From an uncultured delta proteobacterium (GTDB lineage Bacteria; Desulfobacterota; BSN033; UBA1163): a stretch of 64,000 nucleotides of DNA. Positions 40,145 to 50,797 of this stretch are shown in pieces. The stretch lies in the NCBI GenBank assembly GCA_963708295.1, contig CAVPSJ010000014.1, positions 306,491 through 370,490 on the forward strand. Direction: 5' to 3'. The translations under genes and the position numbers were made by a program. How positions within the stretch are numbered: position 1 is the first letter of the stretch; the number at the start of each line of letters is the position of its first letter. The notes beneath the pieces are model-generated. The model was not told where the DNA came from. It saw only the letters and a program-made list of their open reading frames with translations, and searched no databases.

Positions 40145-41326
40145 CTATCTCTCCAAGGGCCATGATACCCGGATGGTCGTTCCTGATCCATGAATAGACT
40201 CAATGGCAAACGAACCTCCTGTAAGCTCGGCCCGTTCCTTCATGCTGGTAAGTCCTAACCCCCTCCCGGGATTCTCAGCATATAACTTTTCTTCAAGGTC
40301 GAACCCCCGGCCATTATCCTCAATAACCATTTCTATCTTATCAGTTTTCTTCAGGGAGAGGGTCGCAACCTCTGCTTTGCTGTGTTTGGCAACATTGTTA
40401 AAAGCCTCCTGGCAGATTCTGTAGATTACTGTTTTCAGATGATCAGGAACATCTTTTTCTTCTATGTTCATCTGGGTTTTGATATGAATGCTTAAATAGG
40501 TTTTTTGAAATTCCCTGAAGAACCAGTTAAGGGTGGGTAAGATACCCAGATCGTCGAGGCTGGAGGGCCGTAAAGCCATCTGGATTCTCCGAGATTCTTC
40601 GATGGTTTTTTGAATCATAGGGATGATGCTCTCCGCGTCACTACTGGCACCCTTCTGAAGAACTTGTTCCATCCTAAATTTGATAGCCCCTAAGGATCCC
40701 CCAAGGCTGTCATGAATTTCGCTGGCAAGTAGTTTTCTCTCATTCTCTTGTGCGATGAGGAGCTGGGAAGAGAGGTACCTCAGCCGCTCTTCTGACTCCT
40801 TCAACTGCTGTTCCGCTCTCTTGCGCTCGGTCAAATCCATTACCACCATACAAACTGCAGACACTTCATCTGTCATGAGCGGATTGAAGGAAAGATATAC
40901 CGAAACAAGCTGTCCGTCTCCTCTTTTGAGGGAAATCTCTACCCTGCTGGCTTCCTGTTTGCCTCTTTGGAACGCAGATTCAAAGCTGACCGTGTCTGTC
41001 GGACCGATGAATCGGTATATCGAGGAGCCTATCACCTGTTCACTGGGTATTAAAAGTAGTTCTGCAAGGCGGCCGTTACAATAGAGGATCGTTCCACCCG
41101 GGTCCAGTGTCACAGCCCCCTCATTCATGGTTTCGACATAAACACGGTAGGGTTGTTCCGCGCCCTTCAAGGTGTAGACCTGATCTCCTTGAGGGCTTGA
41201 GATAACCAAGGCGTCAACTTCGCCTTTCCGAATGGCACTAAGTGTCTCCTCAGCTTCTTCGAGGCGCATCCGAAGATCTTCTATTTGAAGAAGATGCTTG
41301 TCCTTTCTTTTTGTATCTTTTTTCAT
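40145..41326 (-). CDS. Soluble PAS-domain histidine kinase (HisKA_3 + HATPase_c) within the kai operon
   Basis: N-terminal coiled coil (RLEEAEETLSAIRKGEVDALV), one PAS domain, H-box EIHDSLG, QEAFNNVAKH, DNGRGF, GLGL.SM.ER. Confidence 0.92.
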   Translation of the reverse strand: MKKDTKRKDKHLLQIEDLRMRLEEAEETLSAIRKGEVDALVISSPQGDQVYTLKGAEQPYRVYVETMNEGAVTLDPGGTILYCNGRLAELLLIPSEQVIGSSIYRFIGPTDTVSFESAFQRGKQEASRVEISLKRGDGQLVSVYLSFNPLMTDEVSAVCMVVMDLTERKRAEQQLKESEERLRYLSSQLLIAQENERKLLASEIHDSLGGSLGAIKFRMEQVLQKGASSDAESIIPMIQKTIEESRRIQMALRPSSLDDLGILPTLNWFFREFQKTYLSIHIKTQMNIEEKDVPDHLKTVIYRICQEAFNNVAKHSKAEVATLSLKKTDKIEMVIEDNGRGFDLEEKLYAENPGRGLGLTSMKERAELTGGSFAIESIHGSGTTIRVSWPLER

Positions 41327-41334
41327 AACATCAC

Positions 41335-41676
41335 CTATTTTTTTGGTGTTAAATCTAATCCCAGGACAATCCGTCCCGTATCCGACATGTCGCCGATGAA
41401 TCTGCGTAAGGGCAGAGGAAGTTTCTTGATGAGTGTGGGTGTAGCAATGATTTGTTCTCCTTCGGCAAGCACAGGTCTCTGGTAGATATCGATGACTTCA
41501 AGATCGCACCGGCCATGGAGCTCCTCGTCGCAGATTTTTTTGATGTTCTGGATGGCTCGCGTGGATTTGGGTGTCATGCCTGTCACGTATAAACGCAGCA
41601 CATACTTCTCTTTTAATGACTTTTTTAGAACCCTCTCAAATGATTTAGTTGAATCTTTAACTTTTTTTTGTTTCAT
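41335..41676 (-). CDS. kaiB: KaiB-family protein (second copy)
   Basis: YVLRLYVTGMTPKS, LEVIDI, IIATPTLIKKLPLP, IGDMS. Confidence 0.92.
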   Translation of the reverse strand: MKQKKVKDSTKSFERVLKKSLKEKYVLRLYVTGMTPKSTRAIQNIKKICDEELHGRCDLEVIDIYQRPVLAEGEQIIATPTLIKKLPLPLRRFIGDMSDTGRIVLGLDLTPKK

Positions 41677-41705
41677 AACTTATCTCCTACAATGGCCCCT
41701 TTCTT

Positions 41706-42032
41706 CTACATTTTCGGACGAACGTCAAGTCCAACCAGAACACGCAGGGTGTTTGAGAGATCACCGATGATTTTCTTTATCGGGGGAGGAAGCTTCCTCA
41801 CCAGGGTCGGAATGGCCAGGATTTGATCTCCGCTGGCGAGTTGAGGATTCTTCAGAAGGTCGATAACCTCAATATGATATTTGCCCTCGAGATGCTCCTC
41901 GCAGATCTTCTTGAGATTGGCAAAGGCTGCTAACGATTTCGGTGTCTGCCCTGCCACATAAAGTCTTAATTCCCACGTGTCTTTCTTCGGTTTCGCATTT
42001 TTTCCGGGTCCGGCTGCCACTTTTCTTTTCAT
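41706..42032 (-). CDS. kaiB: KaiB-family protein (first copy)
   Basis: [49 protein letters not shown] overlap with kaiC. Confidence 0.94.
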   Translation of the reverse strand: MKRKVAAGPGKNAKPKKDTWELRLYVAGQTPKSLAAFANLKKICEEHLEGKYHIEVIDLLKNPQLASGDQILAIPTLVRKLPPPIKKIIGDLSNTLRVLVGLDVRPKM

Positions 42033-43753
42033 CTATTCCTCCTCTCAGAGTTTTCATCTTCCTTGCGCATGCCGGCTATCTTTTCCCGGAGTTTCGAAAC
42101 ACCGTTTCGTCGCATTTTTTCCTGCTCGGTCAGTTTATTCAGCTCCTGCTCTTCTGCTTGGATCTGGGCACGCAATGAAGCGATCTGGGCTTCCAATGCC
42201 TTGCGCTTGGTCTCCACATTCAGCTTTCTCCGCTCAATCTCCTTCTGATGCGACAATTCAATATCCCTCTCCTGGGTTTCTTGAGATATTCGCGCCGAGC
42301 CTGTCAACACGCCTGACGGGCCGACATAGACATCGATCAGATCGATTCCCTTACCGGTTAATAAGAACTCCCGGATCTGGTTGGAGTGCGCCATGCCTCG
42401 GGATTTGAGGATGTACAGACCACGATTGCGTTCCCCTCCAATTTCGATGTCGCGAAGCAGGAGCCAGGTATCGGATAACGAAGACATTCCCACCTCCGTC
42501 TGTTCAAGAGGGCTACCCGCGCCTGTCAGGGTCGTAAAGAGTGCGGTTGTCTGATTGGATTTCATCTCGTCCAGCAAACGAGTCAGCATGGCCTTGACAT
42601 CAGTTTCACTGGCAACGCTGCCGAGATTAGTCACGGGGTCCACAATAACAACTTTTGGTTTGAACTCCTCAATGAACTTGTGCATGGATGCCAGATGGGC
42701 TTCCAACCCATAGACAGTCGGTCGCTCTGCATGAAATTTTAGAAGTCCCTTTTCCACCCATGGTTGAAGGTCGATGCCAATCGAGCGCATATTGCGAATA
42801 ATCTGAGAGGGGGACTCTTCAAAGGCAAAAAAGGCAGATCGCTCCCCGCGGCGGCACGCTGCATCGACAAAGTGCGCTGCGATGCTGGTCTTACCTGTCC
42901 CAGCGGTTCCAGATACAAGAATACCGCTGCCTCGGAAATATCCTTTTCCTCCCAGCATGGTGTCGAGGCGAGGGATGCCTGTCGAAATTCGTTGGCTTGT
43001 GACAATATGCTGCAATCCAAGGGATGTAATGGGCATGACGTCTATGCCCCGTTCGTCAATCAGGAACGGGAACTCATTGGTGCCGTGGGTCGAGCCCCGG
43101 TACTTGACGACGCGCAGACGGCGGGTGGAGATCTGATTCGCCACTCTGTGATCGAGGAGGATCACGCAATCGGAAACATATTCTTCAAGACCGTGCCGCG
43201 TCAGGGCGTTTTCCCCTCGCTCCCCTGTGATGATGGCTGTCATGCCTTTCTTTTTCAGCCAACGAAAGAGGCGGCGAAGTTCTGCCCGGAGGATGGAAGG
43301 ATTGGGCAGTCCCGCGAAGAGCGATTCAATCGTATCCAGGACGACTCTTTTTGCACCGATCGAATCAATCGCATTGCCAAGGCGAATGAAGAGACCTTCA
43401 AGGTCGTATTCGCCGGTTTCCTCGATCTCGCTCCGCTCAATATGAACATAGTCGATGAAAAGTCTCTTGGAAGCGGTCAGGCGATTCAGGTCAAAGCCGA
43501 GGGAGGCCACATTCTTTGTCAATTCCTCACCGGATTCCTCAAATGACATGAAGACCCCCGGTTCATTAAACTGGATCGCCCCCCGAACAAGAAACTCCAT
43601 GCCGAAAAGTGTCTTCCCGGACCCGGCACCGCCGCACACCAGGGTGGGGCGACCCTTGGGTAGCCCCCCATTCGTGATTTCATCAAAGCCGGCTATTCCC
43701 GTAGGAACTTTCTGCAAACCACCTCTGAGCAATCTTGTCTTTTCTTTGGCCAT
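42029..43753 (-). CDS. kaiC: Double-domain KaiC ATPase/kinase
   Basis: Walker A motifs GGAGSGKT and [12 protein letters not shown] in both domains, EEYVSD, KYRG/KSRG, phospho-loop MSSLSDT and a C-terminal coiled coil. Confidence 0.96.
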   Translation of the reverse strand: MAKEKTRLLRGGLQKVPTGIAGFDEITNGGLPKGRPTLVCGGAGSGKTLFGMEFLVRGAIQFNEPGVFMSFEESGEELTKNVASLGFDLNRLTASKRLFIDYVHIERSEIEETGEYDLEGLFIRLGNAIDSIGAKRVVLDTIESLFAGLPNPSILRAELRRLFRWLKKKGMTAIITGERGENALTRHGLEEYVSDCVILLDHRVANQISTRRLRVVKYRGSTHGTNEFPFLIDERGIDVMPITSLGLQHIVTSQRISTGIPRLDTMLGGKGYFRGSGILVSGTAGTGKTSIAAHFVDAACRRGERSAFFAFEESPSQIIRNMRSIGIDLQPWVEKGLLKFHAERPTVYGLEAHLASMHKFIEEFKPKVVIVDPVTNLGSVASETDVKAMLTRLLDEMKSNQTTALFTTLTGAGSPLEQTEVGMSSLSDTWLLLRDIEIGGERNRGLYILKSRGMAHSNQIREFLLTGKGIDLIDVYVGPSGVLTGSARISQETQERDIELSHQKEIERRKLNVETKRKALEAQIASLRAQIQAEEQELNKLTEQEKMRRNGVSKLREKIAGMRKEDENSERRNR

Positions 43754-44235
43754 GATTATCTCCCTCTTGTTCAAGAAATCTGAACCGAAACTTTAAATTA
43801 ACGAGGAAATCTCCCTCATCTAAAATCTAAAGATTTGGAACTTCAGAATTATCTGCACGGTTGAGAGGACAGTATTGCAAACAGTTCAAAAAGTCAATCC
43901 TCTTTTATGTATTTTTTCGGGATCGGTGGGTCCCTCCGTGCATCCAACAATTTTATTGATTTCCAGTCGAAATGTTGCATAAAAGGATAGAAATCGGAAA
44001 ACAAGATTTCAGGAAGTTATCTGCATCTTATTATGGTAGAAACTGGCATCTGGGTTTTCAGAGAAAAGTTAATATCACATTTGGCATTGTGTGCCGGGCG
44101 AAGCACTGACTTTTTCACCTAAATCCGCCGGAATCTCATCCGCGAAAAAAAGAGGGTGCGCTCAAGGTTTTGCTAACCTTGAACGCACCCTCAATAAACC
44201 TCACAAGATGTTTGTGAAGAAGAGTTATTATTTCT

Positions 44236-44360
44236 CAGGCTGCTCAAAAATGCCCAGATGCAAGGCTCCCAAGATCCCGAGGAATGAGGCGTACTTGGAT
44301 GTACGCTGCAATGACGAGGGATGAGGGAAACGCAGCAGATAGGCGTTTTTCAGCAGCCTG
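44236..44360. mobile_element. MITE-like element, family A, uninterrupted copy (125 bp)
   Basis: Terminal inverted repeats CAGGCTGCTCAAAAA / TTTTTCAGCAGCCTG (14 of 15 match), followed by ctag. Confidence 0.72.
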
Positions 44361-44388
44361 CTAGGGTTTATGCCTCGGCCAAGGAAGC

Positions 44389-46129
44389 TCAGGATTTCCT
44401 CGGGATGATCGGGACGAGAACAAAGGAAGATTTCTTCCCGCCTGCATGGATCGTGCTTTTGCCACCGAAGATGGCCTCCGGCCGATCATCGGGATCGTTA
44501 TGGAGGAACGGCCCGCAGCCCCTCAGTTCGTTTGCAAAAGACTTGATACGTATTCCCTCCCCCGGGATGTTCGTAGTCTTTCCCTCGAACGGTCAGGGCA
44601 ATTCGGTACCCGGCCGGCACAACGATACAGGTTGGCCATATCTCGATATCGAGCTCATACACTTTTCCGGGCGTAAGGGGCTCTCTCACGACGTGCGGGT
44701 GATAGGGACGGTATTTGGTGCTGAGGACAGGATCGAGTTTACGATGGGATGCCCGGAGCCACCCCTGTGCAATGGGGGTGTGCGGGTCGAGAGCACCCTG
44801 GAAAACGACCTCTTTGAGATCAGGGGCGAAGACCCGGAGGATGAGAAAGAGGTCGGCGTCCGTCGTCGAGGAGGAGACGAACAATTTTGAGGCAATGGGT
44901 CCGGTGATTTCGGTCTCCTCCTTTAGCGGAGGTGTCATGAAGGTAACGCCGTCACCGAGAGCTTCGAACTCAACCTTTCCCGTTTCTTCCGCCGGTTTCT
45001 TGCTGAGACTACAGTCCGCAGGGTTGAGGTAGAGCTTGGTCCACCGGGTCCGGGCCAGAGGCCATTCTTTTTCGGCACGCTGGACAAAACCGTCAATTTT
45101 TCGGACCTGAAGCTGCACCTTCGGCTGTTTCTTCCAATCATTATCCAGACCTTTTAGGAATCGGTCGAAGAACCGCTTCTGCAGTGTGACGCCGTAACGG
45201 GTGTAGAATTCTGTCCAGTGCTCGATGCCATGGACCTCCAGCCACTTCTGCTTTGAGGCAGACTGTGTGAAGCCCTCAAAATTTCCCCGGGGATGAAGCC
45301 CCTGACCTCCCCAGTTGGCTGAGGAAAACAGAGGAACCGTGATCTTTGACCAGATCGGTGATCTGTCTATATGGTATTGGTCATCCGTGGGATGAGCTTT
45401 GATCGCTGCTCCCAGATCTGTTCGGTTCTTCGCCAATTCTTCATCCGACAGAGTTTCAGGGCCGGATGCCAGCTCTCCTGTATTGGGATTGACGTAACCC
45501 CGCTTTCCGAGGCCATACTGGACTGTCATGACCTGCTTGTTATACCAGTTTGCCCAGAAGGTACAGAGAATCCCTCCGTGGTAGGTCATGTCGCGGTACC
45601 AGTCCGCGGCCCCTTCCCAGGGAATCATCGCTGCCAGGTGTGGAGGCTGCAAAGAAGCCACATGCCACTGGTTGATGGCGTAGTAAGAGATTCCGAGGAG
45701 CCCTACCTTCCCGTTGCTCCACGACTGGATTCCGGCCCACTCAATACAGATAAAAAAATCCCACGTCTCCCTGGGTGAAAAATGGTCGATATATCCTGGT
45801 GAGCGGCCCGTGCCACGGGAGTCGACTCGCACACAGACATACCCGTCCGGCACCCACTTTTCCGGGTCGACTACCTCCCAGTTCTGGTATTTATTGGTCG
45901 AGCCCTCGGTCACATCCGGGTGCTCTTCAGCCATCCTCTGCCATTGATCAGGGTAACCCTCCTGAAAGGCAAGACCTTTTGCATAGGGTCCGTAGGTCAG
46001 AATGACAGGATACTTCCCTTCCTGAGGCGGGCGATAGATATCGGCCCGAAGCACCACGCCATCGTCCAGTGCGATCGGAACATCCCAGTCAATTCTCATT
46101 CCATCTCTCAGCTCGCTCTTCTTACCCAT
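44389..46129 (-). CDS. CocE/NonD-family hydrolase, one frameshift near the C-terminus
   Basis: LRADIYRP, YGPYAK, VDSRG.G.S.G, GISY, PWEG, GWLRASHR, EIWPT. The true C-terminus (PFLHNDP...PIIPRKS*) resumes after an extra G near 44558. Confidence 0.9.
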
Positions 46130-46291
46130 CTTGTCTCCTCCTTCACAACGACCGTTGGAACTGCAATCCGTCTTCATTCGCGGAAAAGATGGCTGTTCCA
46201 GAAAGATTATTATAGGAGGACCTCGATTTCTTTGTCAATCAGTCCGAAAGAATCAATCCCAAATGAGAACAGACAAAATGGAAAGGGCAAT

Positions 46292-46328
46292 AAAAAAGAC
46301 CCCAGTAGGAAAACCCGGGGCCTTTTTT
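46292..46328. terminator. Intrinsic terminator after the cold-shock gene
   Basis: aaaaaagacccc...ggggcctttttt: a stem flanked by A and T tracts. Confidence 0.65.
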
Positions 46329-46353
46329 CTCTTTTAGCTTAATGAAACTCTGT

Positions 46354-46557
46354 TTAGCTCACAACGACAACGTTGGTTGCCTGTGGACCTTTCGGACCAT
46401 CGGAAACCTCGAACTCTACCTCATCGCCTTCATAGAGGGATTTAAACCCATCTCTCTTAATGGCAGAAAAGTGAACGAAGACATCATTTCCGTCGTCTCT
46501 GGAAATGAACCCATAGCCCTTCTTCTCATTAAACCATTTTACACGACCTTTGGCCAC
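46354..46557 (-). CDS. cspA: Cold-shock protein (CspA family)
   Basis: GRVKWFN, KGYGFI (RNP1), DVFVHFS (RNP2), GPKGPQA. GTG start after SD aggagg. Confidence 0.96.
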   Translation of the reverse strand: MAKGRVKWFNEKKGYGFISRDDGNDVFVHFSAIKRDGFKSLYEGDEVEFEVSDGPKGPQATNVVVVS

Positions 46558-46699
46558 TACAACTCACCTCCTTTCTTCTTTTAAACTTCAGTAAGTTGTA
46601 ATAGCCTTTGGTCCTAAAAAAAAAGCCGCAAAAGTTTTAAGAAGCACTTTTACGACCTTTTGTGATCCAAACAAATACTTCTTACAACCTACAAAAACC

Positions 46700-46728
46700 A
46701 TTATTTCATTTAATTTCTTATATGTCAA
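46700..46728 (-). promoter_or_regulatory. sigma70-type promoter of the csp gene, giving a long 5' leader
   Basis: TTGACA-17 nt-AATAAT, about 140 nt upstream of the start. The leader contains a hairpin and a U run. Confidence 0.55.
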
Positions 46729-46815
46729 GTGTTTTTTACAAAGACATATGTACCTGATTATACTATTAAAATTAACTTGGAGTTGCCCTCTTAGCGTGGT
46801 GCATCCATCACTTCA

Positions 46816-47691
46816 TCATGTCTGGAAACAATTGTGGGTAAGTGTTTGTTCCGCCCGTTCCATTTCAAAGGTGACCGCGTGAAGCTTGGAAATGTCTCTG
46901 GTTGTCATCGTCCATTGCCCTGGATTGATGGAAAGAGTTTCTCCAATCCGGTCCACATAGGTGCCGGACAGTTCTGGCGACTCATGAATGTGCCCGTGAA
47001 GTGTTAGAAGAGGCTGATTTTTTTGGATGAAGGCTTTGATGGATCGACTTCCCACTGGTTTCCCTCCCTGAATGAGGTCCAATCGAGTCCCGAAAGGGGG
47101 CGAATGCATGAGATAGATCGTTCTTTTCGGATGGAGAGGTCCTGGAACTCGATCTAAGTCTTCCTGAATCGTTTCCCGTCCTCTGAGATAGAGATAGGGA
47201 TCGATGGGAATCAATCGATCTCCCTGGTCAGGGGCTCGGATATAAGACGGATTCTTCTGAGGGGGCCAGGGGGCTTCCCGATCATCCATCTTCTCATAGT
47301 CTTTCGGCCGAAACGGGGTCGGAGGAACAAAAGGGTATCCGATGATCTCATACCCGTTCTTGAGTCGACAACTTTTCTGATTAAGGTCGATGATTTTTTC
47401 TGTCGTTTCTCTAAAGAGAAAGGGATAACCCAGGTCCCAGTTTCCCGGGATGAGAAAAATCTTTTCAATCGGCGTGCCTTCTAAAATCTTTTTAAAAAAA
47501 GGGAAAAGAAACTGGTCGATGAAGGTTTTTTGATTTGGGACCATATCCTCGTATCGCTTCGTCGGAGCGAAGGAGGGAAGAAGATCACCTCCGATCGCCA
47601 AGATTTCTGAGGAGGAAGAAATGGCCAGGGATAAGAGCTCCTGATAGAGATGAATTTCACCATGGAGATCCGAGGTATATAGAAACTTCAT
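46816..47691 (-). CDS. Metallophosphoesterase (calcineurin-like)
   Basis: SDLHG, GGD, PGNWD, HSPP, LHGHIHE, NPG. Confidence 0.92.
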   Translation of the reverse strand: MKFLYTSDLHGEIHLYQELLSLAISSSSEILAIGGDLLPSFAPTKRYEDMVPNQKTFIDQFLFPFFKKILEGTPIEKIFLIPGNWDLGYPFLFRETTEKIIDLNQKSCRLKNGYEIIGYPFVPPTPFRPKDYEKMDDREAPWPPQKNPSYIRAPDQGDRLIPIDPYLYLRGRETIQEDLDRVPGPLHPKRTIYLMHSPPFGTRLDLIQGGKPVGSRSIKAFIQKNQPLLTLHGHIHESPELSGTYVDRIGETLSINPGQWTMTTRDISKLHAVTFEMERAEQTLTHNCFQT

Positions 47692-47719
47692 ATCAATGCG
47701 CGCTTACATTAAATCCAGG

Positions 47720-48017
47720 TTTATCGCAGAGACGCAAAGACGCTGAGGGAGTTTTTTATGATCCGATCGGGCCTTCGCCGCGCCGCCCGCCTCGCTCGCG
47801 CTCCGTCGCGGCGGGTAGCGGCTTCGTCCGCGCAGGCGGGAGACGGCGATCGGATCATAAACCCTTACCCTTCGGGAATAGATTCAAGGTGGCATTTCAT
47901 CACGAGGGACTGCGAATAATAGTTGTTTTGACATGAACGAAGGCTTTTTGTTTGGCGGCTTCTCCCCGCCAAACAAGAAAGTCATTTCTCTGCGCCCTCC
48001 GAGCCTCTGCGGTGAAA
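47720..48017. mobile_element. MITE-like element, family B, copy 2, with a GC-rich internal insertion
   Basis: Ends tttatcgcagagacgc / ctctgcggtgaaa. Shares tgatcc.at...gggagacggc.at.ggatca and tttttgtttggcggc with 36030-36242. Confidence 0.6.
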
Positions 48018-48418
48018 TTTCCCTAATTTGAGCTTATTTGGATTTTGAAATTTGGAATTTGGATTTTCCGTCCCACAGGGACGGGTCTATTCCTCAAAAT
48101 CGTCCGAAAGGATCCATTTGTCTTTCGTACTTATTATTTTGAAGGTTACTTTGCAATAGGAACAGAGGACAAGATCCCCTGGCCTCTCGGTTCCTTCAAG
48201 GGGGATATCGGCGTCACAGATAGGACATTCCAATTCTGCGGGCATGGAGGGCCTCCATTAAGTCTTATAGAAGTTCTATTATTTGAAATTCAAGAAAAAA
48301 TCAAGTCCTCTTCCTTCCAGGGGGAAAAAATCGGTGGGAGTAGGGGAATTTGAATTTTTTACTTGCATCATCATCCCTAGTTGTATGAAAATAAGGGTGT
48401 CGAAGGGAGGTTTACGCA

Positions 48419-48709
48419 ATGTTTGGTTTGGGTTTGCCGGAAATTCTCGTCATCTTGGTCATCTTCCTTTTCCTATTCGGGGCAAAGAGGCTTCCTCAAA
48501 TTGGGGAAGGCCTGGGAAAGACGATCAAGGAGTTGGGAAAGATTCGGGATGGGAAGAAGGCAGAGAAAGAGAAAGAGAAGGGGAATCAAAAAGGAAATGT
48601 GATTTCGGATCTGAAAAAGGAAGTTGAAGAAATTCCGGGATTAAAGGAAGTCAAGGAACTTAAGAAAACCGCCGGTCAAATCAAGAACTTTACGAAATTT
48701 CTGAAATGA
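48419..48709 (+). CDS. tatA: Twin-arginine translocase TatA/TatE subunit
   Basis: MFGLG.PE, TM helix, [16 protein letters not shown] ggagg. Confidence 0.9.
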   Translation: MFGLGLPEILVILVIFLFLFGAKRLPQIGEGLGKTIKELGKIRDGKKAEKEKEKGNQKGNVISDLKKEVEEIPGLKEVKELKKTAGQIKNFTKFLK

Positions 48710-48767
48710 ACTTCCCCTCCGGTTCGGGTTAAACTGCGAAAGCCAGGAATTGCTTGCACAAACATTG

Positions 48768-48877
48768 TGAAGCTCCCCCCGGCCTATGCCGGGGGCTTCC
48801 CGGAAAAGAATTATTTTTTTGATTGTGCCCCTCGACCCCGCTTACAAGGCGGGGCTTGCGGGGCACCTACCGGTCAA
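48768..48877. repeat. GC-rich double-hairpin intergenic repeat
   Basis: gaagctccccccggcctatgccgggggcttc ... gtgcccctcgaccccgcttacaaggcggggcttgcggggcac. Confidence 0.55.
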
Positions 48878-49762
48878 GTACAATAGTGACTTCTTCCTGC
48901 AATGATATCCTCTGATTCTTCCCCTCGACATTGGATGTTGGTAATCGATTAAGGTCCCTTGCCTTTTCTATCTACTTCGGTGGAAAAAGAATTCATGTCC
49001 AGCCTCACCTGATTTCAGGTTTCAATATCCTTCTCAAATCAGATCTTCTTAGAAGGGACGAGTATTCTGGCAAATATCTGGCCATCCCGGAGAGCGAGGA
49101 ACCTTTTACCCTAGCGCGTATGTTACTTCCTCTTTGGAAAGTCATTTTGTCCTTATAGAGCAGATTTAGACCCGTAATCGTTATTTTCCAAATTTGCGTC
49201 AGAATTGGAGGTGATCTCATTGTCCAAAAAATCCTCTGTAATTCCCAGTAAAGTCCAAATAATATCCCCTATAAACAATTAAATTTTCCAGAAACGATGC
49301 CTTAACACCCCCTAGTCATTCCTTGGGCGATTGTAGGCCTTCTGCACAATCGCCGAAATAAAGTGCGTAAATATACTCAATCTTCTGTGGAGAATTACAC
49401 ACTAAGTAATCGATGCTTCTAAAGGCCAGGAATTGTTGGTTGATTTTTCAAGGCATTTTATTACTTATGGGCCTCAAGCTTTTGAGGTATAAATCTTGCA
49501 CTCCTAAACGCAGGGTTTAAAGGTGGGGAGTGACTCCTTAAGATTCAAACAAGACTTAATTCTGTTCAATCGAAAACCAACATTGTTGATGTTTTCATAA
49601 TTGGTCGCACTCCGCCTAGGGTGAAAAGATAGGTGAAAACCACCCTTGAAACATCTATTCCGTCTATCAAAGCTATACCTCTGAAAATTAATGACAAGAT
49701 GAAATTAGAAACCAATTCCGATATCTTGAGAGGTCGTAAAAAAGGTAATTTACAAGAATGAA

Positions 49763-49960
49763 ATGAACAAGAAGACCTTCGAACCTGAGAAATATAGTAT
49801 GGTCACCTGTCCATGCTGTAACGGCCATGGATATATTCAAAATCCAGAACGTCAATGTTGTCCAAAATGCGGGGGCTTTGGGTTTGTCAAAAAAGAACTG
49901 GAGGAAGATATGAATACCTCGCCAATAATTGGAAGCGGGAAAGGAGGTAATCCACCATGA
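49763..49960 (+). CDS. Small protein with a DnaJ-type zinc-finger half (2x CxxCxGxG)
   Basis: CPCCNGHG ... CPKCGGFG. Confidence 0.65.
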   Translation: MNKKTFEPEKYSMVTCPCCNGHGYIQNPERQCCPKCGGFGFVKKELEEDMNTSPIIGSGKGGNPP

Positions 49961-50166
49961 AGGAAGGGGATATCTTTGAGAGTCTTTTAGACGGGACGGA
50001 GTATGTAGTTAAGGACATCGTTAACAAAATGGTTGTTCTTCAATCGAGAGAGGGAGATAGACAAATCTTAACCGAGGCTGAGACCTTAAAAGGAAAATTA
50101 TTTTATCGGGAAAAGGAGAAGAAGGTAACCAATGAAATAGGAAGGAAGGACTACTTTCCGAAGTAA
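49957..50166 (+). CDS. Small hypothetical protein
   Basis: SD aggagg and ATGA overlap with the upstream ORF. Plausible beta-rich sequence. Confidence 0.6.
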   Translation: MKEGDIFESLLDGTEYVVKDIVNKMVVLQSREGDRQILTEAETLKGKLFYREKEKKVTNEIGRKDYFPK

Positions 50167-50267
50167 ACCCCTTTCAATGGAAACAGAACAATACTGCTGC
50201 GGAGATACTCGAACACATGAATTGATCGACTAAATAACAAATTCAGAGCTGCTTTTGAGAGAAAGAA

Positions 50268-50489
50268 GTGGCAAATTTTTGGAAGGACAAAGACCATTGC
50301 CGGAAGTTAATGGACTGTCCCGAATATGTTTACAGAAAATGCCCTGCTTATTTTAATCCCGAAAGACCATGCTGGGAAATGGCTTACACTCAGTGTGAAA
50401 TCCTGATCGGCATCCTTAAGGATTGTAAATACTGTAAAGTCTGCCGCCATCATAACAAATCTACTGATCATCCGATGTCAAAAGTTTGA
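50268..50489 (+). CDS. Small Cys-rich protein (two-CW-like metal-binding domain)
   Basis: HC....DC.......CPAY......CWE...TQC.........C..C..C. Confidence 0.55.
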   Translation: MANFWKDKDHCRKLMDCPEYVYRKCPAYFNPERPCWEMAYTQCEILIGILKDCKYCKVCRHHNKSTDHPMSKV

Positions 50490-50797
50490 TTCGCCTTTCA
50501 TCTACTTTTTCAAACGGTAATCATCAGCTTTCTGAACTATATTGAATTGAACATTTATGAAAGCCTCAACATGGTTTTTTTTGATGGGCGGAATTTGCAA
50601 AAATGAAGACTCCTTTCTGTATTATTGTTTCAGGAGTTTTTCATAAAGCTGCAGCATTTTAAACAGGAATCAGTAGTACGAAGAAGGGAATTCTCCAGCT
50701 TGACTATCAATCCGTTTTAGAATACTGTTATCTCCGTCAAACTTGTCTTCCGGAAGCAATCACATTACGGTATTATTTCTATCCCTACAGAGGATTC

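Noticed and set aside
39782-43753. A true self-sustained circadian clock
   Set aside because: No kaiA in the window and KaiC2-type features. Oscillation cannot be inferred from sequence.
48931-49220. Short ORFs downstream of tatA
   Set aside because: No motifs or convincing SD, and they overlap on opposite strands.
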